Assembly: GCA_951406725.2 (NCBI GenBank)
Contig: OX597814.1
Coordinates: 74,028,001-74,092,000 of the forward strand
Origin: Octopus vulgaris
Lineage: Eukaryota
Length of the DNA stretch: 64,000 bases
Direction: 5' to 3'
The notes under the pieces are model-generated. The model was not told where the DNA came from. It was given only the letters and a program-made list of their open reading frames with translations, and made no database searches. The position numbers were made by a program, and so were the translations under genes. Positions 55,300-64,000 of this stretch are shown in pieces. Each line of letters begins with the position of its first letter. Position 1 is the stretch's first letter.

Positions 55300-55575
55300 A
55301 CACACACACACACACACGATGGACTCTTCAGTCGAATGCGACATATGAGAGTTCAGGTTTTTGCCGAACGACCTGCACAACTGATTTGTTTATATTGATC
55401 AAATGTTCGTGCTGCATATTAACTCACTGTCTCCATCAAATTGACGTTCTCAGAACAGATTGGTCTTCACGCGTCAGGTGTTGAAGTGATCGTAGAGCAA
55501 TGTGAGATGAATTGTTTTGCTCAAGAACACACAATGCACCACCTGGTCTAGGAATTGAAATCACCCTAACCACCA
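55300..55575 (-). mobile_element. Degenerate SINE
   Basis: Shares ttgctcaagaacac and head blocks with 15458-15792. Confidence 0.55.
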
Positions 55576-55583
55576 ACCCATTC

Positions 55584-55634
<51 letters not shown>

Positions 55635-55657
55635 ATATATGCATACATACATATAAG

Positions 55658-55797
55658 ATGGCCACTATGTGGACAACCCTTATGCTAGAAGTAGATCCGC
55701 TATGGTCTTACCACTAAGAAATGTTCTAAGAAATTTCTTAGTGGTAAGACCATAGCGGATCTACTTCTAGCATAAGGATTGTCCACATAGTGGTCAT
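55658..55797. repeat. 140-bp palindrome
   Basis: ~65-bp arms with 2 mismatches and a 10-nt loop at 55723-55732. Confidence 0.95.
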
Positions 55798-56333
55798 TCC
55801 TCTCATATGTATATAATACAATTTTCTGACCCTTCAGATTTTAATATGCTAGACCACTGGTTTTAAATTGATGTTAATCAAATTAATATCCAATTTTTTA
55901 TTAATATGCAATTCAGATCACTGCCATGCAAAGTTACGAAATCTTACATGTATATATACGATAAACAAGACTTTTAGAGATTTCATAAATTCCAACTTAA
56001 TTGGCCGAGTGAGTGCTATTAGATGAATAAAGAATATACAGGGTGATTAAATGTATCATAGAAAAGTGACACAAATTGAGGGCGGTATTTCTGCCTGTGC
56101 ATATAAACAAATGTTAATACACACACAGACACACACATACTATATATTAAGCACAGTTATTTTGTCATGATTGATCTCTAGCCACTAAACCTTTTTTATT
56201 TTCTCACTCTATTTATTTCTGTGTTCCGTTCTGTTGGAGAGCGTAGGCTCGAAACGTGAAAGACTTTCTCACTTCCCGAGAGTTAAGCTAATACATCTGT
56301 TTGTTGTTTACACGACCGTTATCGTCTTTTGTT

Positions 56334-56373
<40 letters not shown>

Positions 56374-56499
56374 CACACACACACATATATATATATATGT
56401 ATATATATACATATATACATATATATATGTATATATATACATGACAAAGTCGATAAAATAACGAATACTTATGAAATGAAATATCACAATTAATTGATC

Positions 56500-57190
56500 A
56501 AATTAGTTACAAATGTAAAAAGTCCTTGTATAATAGGTTGAATTTTATAAATAAAACTGGAATTATCGTTTGCACTCTGAATATAGTTGACAGAAAGGAG
56601 ATCTTTGATATCAACAGGCCAAATGCTAGTATTACTGCCATAAAACAAATCCCATAAGTAATTCCATTAGTAATTAATATAACTATCATAGAATTAATAA
56701 CAACATATGAAAGAGTCTCAGATTGTGAAAGTCAGTCTGGGACCTTTTCGTATGTCGTTATTATTTCTATGTATATTGATAATTAGTTGGTTTTCAGCTA
56801 TGAGAGATAAAGGAAAATATCTTCTCCACAATTTGACAGAAAAGATTTCCTGAATGTCTATAGTAAAGCATCTCTTACTAAAAGCACGCGATTTCTCGAA
56901 CCCTCATACATTTATCATGTAACAGGCGATAACAATTATAACGTTAGTTTAAATAAAGATAACGCAGATCTTTCCAATGTGAGTATGGGTGCTAAAGCTT
57001 CAGCGGACGTTTCAAAACTATTAATAATTTTATTCTAGATCTGATGCAAATTCGATTCAATCTATGTAGGAATTCACAAAGTTGATGGTCTTTCTATATC
57101 TAAGAGAAATATATATGAAATTGCATATAAAGGGAAAACCATAATGCAAACTAAGAAATTGAATCCTAATAGCACGAACATGCTTTTCGG
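56500..57190 (+). mobile_element. Highly decayed Penelope-like RT remnant
   Basis: NVSMGAKASADVSKL...VGIHKVDGL resembles the PLE motifs DVTMG..GA.V..L and GLYRDDGL. Upstream is WFS..DK...QFD. Confidence 0.5.
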
Positions 57191-57800
57191 AAACTGAAAA
57201 GAATAGCCATTAAATTACCTGAGAATAAATGGTCCTTCAAGGATGAAAATATACACCATGTCATTAAGTGGTTTCTATCACAAATAGCACCAATATATAT
57301 GAGTTTCTTGTCACGTGCACACAATATAAAAATTGCTTATTTTAAGACACCAATCTAATATTTTAAACAAACATCAGGCACGGTTTTCTTCATATCTTCA
57401 TACGAGCAACGTGGTCCATAAACATTATGATGATATACCTCTCGAAATGAATTGCAACATGAATTTGACTTTGTTTTCACTGACTTTATTTTACTTTTTT
57501 GGCTTATTTTGACATACAGGTATAGAAGTGTTTGTTTATATGCATGTACATGTGTATTTAAAAACGCGTATATATGTATGCACATAAGTATGTGTATAGA
57601 GTCAATAGATGAGATCCAGAGATTCTCGGTATAGAACACACTTATTAGCGCTTAAATGATTCGAACTTAGAGTCTAATGTCTTTACGAGGGACTAATTCC
57701 TCGGGGTAAAGAGTGACTATGAAAGAAATCCAGGTCTGCAGGTATGGATATAATTATGCGGATAAACAAATTAAACATAACAGTTTGGGCTTGATATACA

Positions 57801-57833
<33 letters not shown>

Positions 57834-57836
57834 ATA

Positions 57837-57912
<76 letters not shown>

Positions 57913-57929
57913 ATATCGTGTAAATAGAC

Positions 57930-59400
57930 AGAAAACAAGGACTGGAGGTTTTCAGACAATGAATATTTGAGTATAAATATATAGATATTTATATATTAAT
58001 AGATCGAACTTACACAGAGTACAAATTACCAGAAAAAATGAAAGGAGATGAGGTATGGTGTTACAAATCCGACTGCTGTTTCTTGGGACTCGGGGATCCA
58101 ACATAATATTGGTAGATTTAGTTCACCGAAACATGCAGCCAGTAATGGAAGTAAATACATACTTGATAAATCGAGTCTCCGTCTTTAGTTTAAAAAAACC
58201 CCTTACATTTCAGATTTTGATGCCGAGAAGTTTAAAGGTGGAATGTTTAAATGTGGAGAGCAAGCAATATTAGAGGGAAGAAGCAGGTGGTTCGATGGAA
58301 GTGTGGGGAGTATTGTGGCAGAGAAGGATGAGAAGAGATAAGAGAATCAGTTTAGAAAGATAGAGCGGGTTAACAATCAGGGTATCAAGAGAGGTAGCAG
58401 AGGTGGAGAGTTGGGATATGAGTGGGATGGGCGGAATGGGTAGTATCTGAAGGGTGGTCAGTTGTTGTTGGGTTTGTGAATAGATGTTAACATTTAGGGA
58501 TAATAGCAATCTATTAAGTAATGAGAGGTTGCGTTGCGAAGGATGGTAAGCGATTTCCTTAAGCACAATTTACAAGTGCCGAAGTTAGTATTTTTTGGGG
58601 GAGCCTCACTTACGATGGAACAGGATAGGGTGTCGATAATGCTTTGGGATTTGAGGCTGTGTATATAAGTTGCTAATGAGGTAGATAATTTAGAATATGG
58701 ATTATAGAAAGAGTTCGTCTGTGCTCCGTAGCGGCGCTTGAAATCAGCAGTGCTGCCAATATAGAGCCTTGATGTTACTACTCGGCAGTTGTAGAGTGAT
58801 GTTACTACTCGTGATGTTACTACTCGTGATGTTACTACTCGGCAGTTGTAGAGTACATTTTTGCGTAGATAGAAACCTCCGAGAAGGCAGAGTTGAAGCA
58901 CCTGGAAATTGCAGATTTTCCTGTCTGCCCTGCAGTTGGAATTGATTGCTAGGAAGGTTAATTTCGTACGGGTAGTTACCAGCAAAGAAGAAATAGAAAT
59001 ACAATCAGTACTACAGGATTGGTAGGGGTTATCACCGCTAGTATATGTCGTTAGATGGGTAGTATTATAGGGAGAACCATTAAGGTTGATATTATTGAGT
59101 CGAATGGGGTTAGTAAGGGTTGCATTATTGCGACTAGGTGGGTTGGGGTGAGGTTCAGTGGGACAGATTACAGATGCTGAAGTTTGCGTCTGTTAGAGGA
59201 GGCAATTATGGATCCTAAATTAGGTGTTGTGGCGTAGAAGACTTTAATAGATGATTTATTGAAGACAAGGTAAGATTTATACTGTGGTGAGAAATTAGAG
59301 TTTAAAATTTTAGAGTTTAGGTAGGGATTTAACTTAGAGAGAGAAAGGTGGTGAGAACCATAGGATTACGCGCGTCCTGCCCTTAGAGGGGTTAAAGTGC
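57930..59400 (-). mobile_element. Penelope-like element 3' part (GIY-YIG endonuclease and pseudo-LTR)
   Basis: NVLYNC...LYIGSTADFKRRY...STSLATYIHSLK...CKLCL. A decayed hammerhead (CTAAAGA...GAAACAGCAGTC) lies at about 58068-58190. Confidence 0.8.
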
Positions 59401-59420
59401 ATGGAATAGTGGGTGTGTCC

Positions 59421-59504
59421 ATATAAAGGACGTCAAGTATAGGATCATAAATTCCAGAAATGCATTTCTGGAATTTATGACCCTATACTTGACGTCCTTT
59501 ATAT
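59421..59504. repeat. 84-bp near-perfect palindrome at the PLE boundary
   Basis: atataaaggacgtcaagtatagg...gaaatg|catttc...cctatacttgacgtcctttatat, with one mismatch and no spacer. Confidence 0.93.
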
Positions 59505-60025
59505 CTTTATATGCTTATATTTTTACATCTTTACTTTTTATTATATTTTATATTTATTATTAGCTTTTATAATTATATTTATATTTATATATATTTTCTT
59601 TTTTGTGATCCCACTTCATTAACGTTTCATCCCCTTCCCCTCCTTTCCTCTTTCTCTCAACATCCAATTCCTTCCCCTATATGAAGGAACCTACCTAGTA
59701 TTCATTCTATATCGAGTGAAAAAACGGTATGGACGATTTGTTTTGGAGTCTAATAATACCATGTATGCCTATGAAGATTTACAAACATACTTTCCCAATG
59801 ATACTTGGTTTACCTACCATTATAAACAATACTAAATGTTTTTTCTCAAACCTTTTATAATGTGATACAAGTCTTTGGTGTAGCAATTGCACGCGGCTGA
59901 AGAAGGTTTTTGAACTACCTGTTATATCGATTATGCATTGATGTAAGAATAAGTTGTTCTATAAAGCCCGAAACATATGTACCGCAACATCCTTTGCGTC
60001 CTGTTTTTCATTTATTTCATTTGAT

Positions 60026-60074
<49 letters not shown>

Positions 60075-60173
60075 ACGTCAAGGATGATTTTGGTATAACA
60101 AGTTTTGAAAAAATTTCCTTTTCAATTCCGTTGAAATTTGTTGAAATTTCAAATCTGAAAATTTGGTCTCACA

Positions 60174-60255
<82 letters not shown>

Positions 60256-61229
60256 GCAAAAGAAAAGAAGACAAAGACAGTTAAGGTAACAGCAAACAAG
60301 GTGTATTAGTTTGATGCTCAGGAAAATGGAAGAATCTTTGACGTTTCCAGCTTACGGTGTTCTATAGAAAGGAATGAAGAAAGAAAACAGATGGAGAGAG
60401 GATGTTTCGCCTCAAATCAACCTTGTTTTTCATATATCAAGGGCTTCATTAACCAGCGTGTCTTATCGTTTTCAAAATAATGAAGAGTAATTAGAGTGAC
60501 AACGGCTGGCATTTCTAGAATGCCGACTGACATAGCGATGAGAATGACATAAACTTCGTAAATTTAGAATCGAAATCAGCTCATAATTTGGGTGGGAAAA
60601 TGGGTGCAAAATTTCAAAATTTCGATATTTAAAAATAATTAAATAAACAAGTAAGTAAATAAATAAAATAGTTATAATAAAAAAGTAGCACGCTATTCTC
60701 GCAATACTTTTCATGCCTCGGGCGCTGGCAACCCACGCTACATCAGTGGGTCGCAGTCATTACTATCAGAGATTGCTTCTTAATACAACCCTCACTAAGA
60801 CTGATATTGATAACATGCCAAGTTCACGCGCTACATTGTACAATTCTGATATCAAGAGAAACTCATTACGGGTAATTTTCCCTCACACAATGGTCATAAC
60901 CACTCTAAATGGATTGCAAAATCTAAGTCTCCCAGTACTAAATATAATGAATTTTGGCAACAGTTGAAAGTCTTTGTTTCGTTGTTTTAGCAGGTATATT
61001 TAGTGTTAGACTAAATTTCTTACAATGTATGATCTGGTTTTCTATGTTGATTATTCTTTCCATCATCTTGATGTCGAAAAAAAAAATATATATTTGACAT
61101 GAACTGAAGAATGCTTTAATAAATTATACACCTCTCGTATAAATTCATGGACTTCTCAATGTACGAAATTATATTTTAGTCTCTGAGTTATTTTATTCTC
61201 TGAAATATACATTTTAGTCTATTTTGTTT

Positions 61230-61640
61230 GGTGAGAGCAAAAACATCTCGTGACCGAAACCACGACCGGGGTAATATTGGCATCCGAAACGAAGTTGATT
61301 TACTTACGATTCTAACGGCCTTAAAAAGAGGTTTTGTAATTAGGTATCGTATTTTGTCGAAATACTTTTCTCTACGCGAGCCCCAAACCCAAGTGAGATA
61401 TACTGATGCAGTAATTCACTTTCTGACTAAAATTCAGCCTCCTGCCTTCTATTACTCGTAAAATACCTGAAGTTCTCCACCTGCTCCAGTATCATTCTAT
61501 GCAAAGCAAACTAGACAAGCTTTTTCCGAAAGACTCAGTAACTCAGTTTTCGCAGCACTGGTTTTTATTCCTACTTCTACCAGAAGCGCTCTGTCTGAGG
61601 GCTCTATTCCCATGACCTCATAGGAAGATGTAGGCGATGG
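61230..61640 (-). mobile_element. Old LINE RT remnant
   Basis: GIKTSAAKTE and ILEQVENFRYF resemble the LINE motifs GLKIN..KT and LEQV..FKYLG. Confidence 0.5.
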
Positions 61641-62152
61641 AAATAGGTAGATAGATGGAACATGCAAGATACTTGATGCTAACTTGAACTCCCTGTTGCT
61701 AAGATGTGCGCATACATATATAACAAACACATTCATATACATATACACCCACATATATACGCAGAAATACATACATAGCAATACTGTTTAAAACAAATAG
61801 AAGAACAAGAAATCAGTGTGTACAGATGTAAAGTATAACATTTATTGGGTTGATGCTTATGCCACTACTTGTAAAACATGATTCTTCGATCGGTTAGATG
61901 GAATTAACACATGTATGTATGTATGTATGTATGTATGTATGTATGTATGTATGTATGTATGTATATAATGTATGTGTATTAAACAGGGGAATCAAAAAAA
62001 TTTGGCATTATTTATTTACCATCACACGTGTTTCACTTGCTAATTGGAGTAACAAAATTATACATGTTGGATAAATATAAAGATATCTCCTATTAGAAAT
62101 TCTTCAGCCAGGGAATTAAATAACCCTACCCTCATTATACATATATACATAA

Positions 62153-62209
<57 letters not shown>

Positions 62210-62330
62210 CACACACATATATATATATATGTACACATACATATATACATTCATATAAAACATACATATATATATACATACATGCATATATACATAATTA
62301 TATATATATAATATATATCTATATATATAT

Positions 62331-62366
<36 letters not shown>

Positions 62367-62372
62367 AGTGTG

Positions 62373-62423
<51 letters not shown>

Positions 62424-62622
62424 AATGGATGAATGAATTATCCTTTGTTTACCGTTAACATAGAAAATTCAATAAACAGTTAACCTAGGTAGCAACATTC
62501 ACGCAAGTAACAAGGATGTAGCGACCTATTCAAAGGTAGAAACTACGGGTTAATATGTAGTAATTTGTATAGTATAAGTAGATAAATGGAGTTGAACGCA
62601 GGTGTTATTCAAATTTCTATTA

Positions 62623-62708
62623 CTTTCGACATATGTTTCGAAGACAACGTCAGTTTTATTACAAAGGAATTAACGGTGTATAATAATGTAATCTTCTCAT
62701 CAGGAAAG
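62623..62708 (-). ncRNA. Intact-core minimal type-I hammerhead ribozyme motif
   Basis: ctttc-CTGATGA-GAAGA..TCTTC-GAAA-C(ATAT)G-TC-gaaag, with 5-bp stems I and II and a full core. An inverted partial copy lies at about 62768-62833. Confidence 0.88.
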
Positions 62709-63476
62709 AAAGAGAACCCATCTCAACAACAAGACATTATAACAATTTTGATGACTGTATAAATGATAAAACCAATGTTGTCTTCGAAACATATGTCGAA
62801 AGTAAAAGATTTTGAATAACAATTGCGTTCAACACTACACACACATGCAGTTGTTAGTGTGAGATTAAATATATTTAAACACATATATTTATATGTATAT
62901 ACTGATATTTCGATCGATAACAACTTGCTTTAACTGCTTTAACATTAAAAACAAAGCAAACGCTCGCGCGTATTTCAGGGGGGAATGAGTAATTTAAATT
63001 CAAATTCCCACAAAGGAAACTTATATCGTTATGATTTAGTTTCATAAATGATGAATTAATTTTTATGAAAGAATTATACGTTTACGAAGTCAACTCTCGA
63101 TCAGGCCCTATTCATATTGCACAGTACAATTTTTATACAAATCTAATTTTTATAAAGTAATATGACATAATTTAAAAGTGCAACGACGATATATAATTTA
63201 AGAAGTGACAGTTATTTTGCAGTCAGGGAAGTATTAGAGACAGTTGATGTTAAAAATAAACAGTAGCAGTTTTCTTTGTTGTGTTGGAAAGAAGTAGTGA
63301 ATTTTGTATGATACTACAAGTATAGATATAAGTTTTGCTGGAATTCACCTTATTTAATGCATGGCCAACACATAAAATGTAAGTTATTTGTACCTTTACG
63401 TTTTAGTGAAATCAGTGTCTCGTCTATGTTTGTTTGAAAGAGAGAGTGAGGGAAAGAGTGAGAAAGCGATAGAGTA

Positions 63477-63585
<109 letters not shown>

Positions 63586-63630
63586 GTCTATCTGTCTGTC
63601 TGTCTGTCTGTCTGTCTATCACTCTCTCTC

Positions 63631-63683
<53 letters not shown>

Positions 63684-64000
63684 TATATGTGTGTGTGTGT
63701 GTGTGTAAGTATACTTATAAATGCGTGTATGAATTATTTCCTTAGTTTTTCTCTCTGAAAACAATCATTATCCGATGATTTTTTTTCTATTTAAGTGAAA
63801 TATATTTAAAATTAAAACTGCTTTTAAATGGGAAGACCAGGTTGCATATTAAACTAGTTTAAAATACAACTTTGAGAATGTTGGGCAAGTGAATATTTTG
63901 CCGTTAATGATAGCCAGAGCCCACACGAGTGAAGGCGAGCTGTATGTAAAAACATAAGTATTATTCATGTTCCTTTAAAGTCAAAATACTATGCGTTTAC

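Noticed and set aside
58765-58855. Short direct repeats (gtgatgttactactc) resembling an array
   Set aside because: This is a local slippage duplication inside the PLE endonuclease ORF. There are no spacers and the context is eukaryotic, so it is not CRISPR.
61468-61500. Apparent 30-nt AG/GT micro-exon on the minus strand
   Set aside because: It is better explained as the LINE RT motif LEQVENF(R)Y.

Overview
AT-rich, microsatellite-dense eukaryotic genomic DNA. The SINE, LINE and microsatellite landscape suggests an octopus or other coleoid cephalopod, which is an inference. The only clear host gene is a minus-strand SLC6 Na+-dependent neutral amino-acid transporter (SLC6A15/18/19-like). Five phase-compatible GT-AG coding exons (33432 down to 14027) cover roughly TM1-TM7, and the remaining exons were not found in the window. 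Most of the rest is transposon debris: R4/Dong-, CRE-, HERO-, RTE-, CR1- and Tx1-type LINE pieces, two Gypsy elements, Helitrons, a near-intact mariner, tRNA-derived SINEs and Penelope-like element (PLE) fragments. The most striking non-coding signal is a set of type-I hammerhead ribozyme motifs from several unrelated families, in tandem (290 bp and 536 bp) or inverted (1.46 kb fold-back) non-coding units that resemble retrozymes or PLE pseudo-LTRs. There is also a head-to-tail stack of (TAA)n-delimited retrotransposon ends next to the first coding exon. All calls come from reading the sequence; no searches or folding programs were run.
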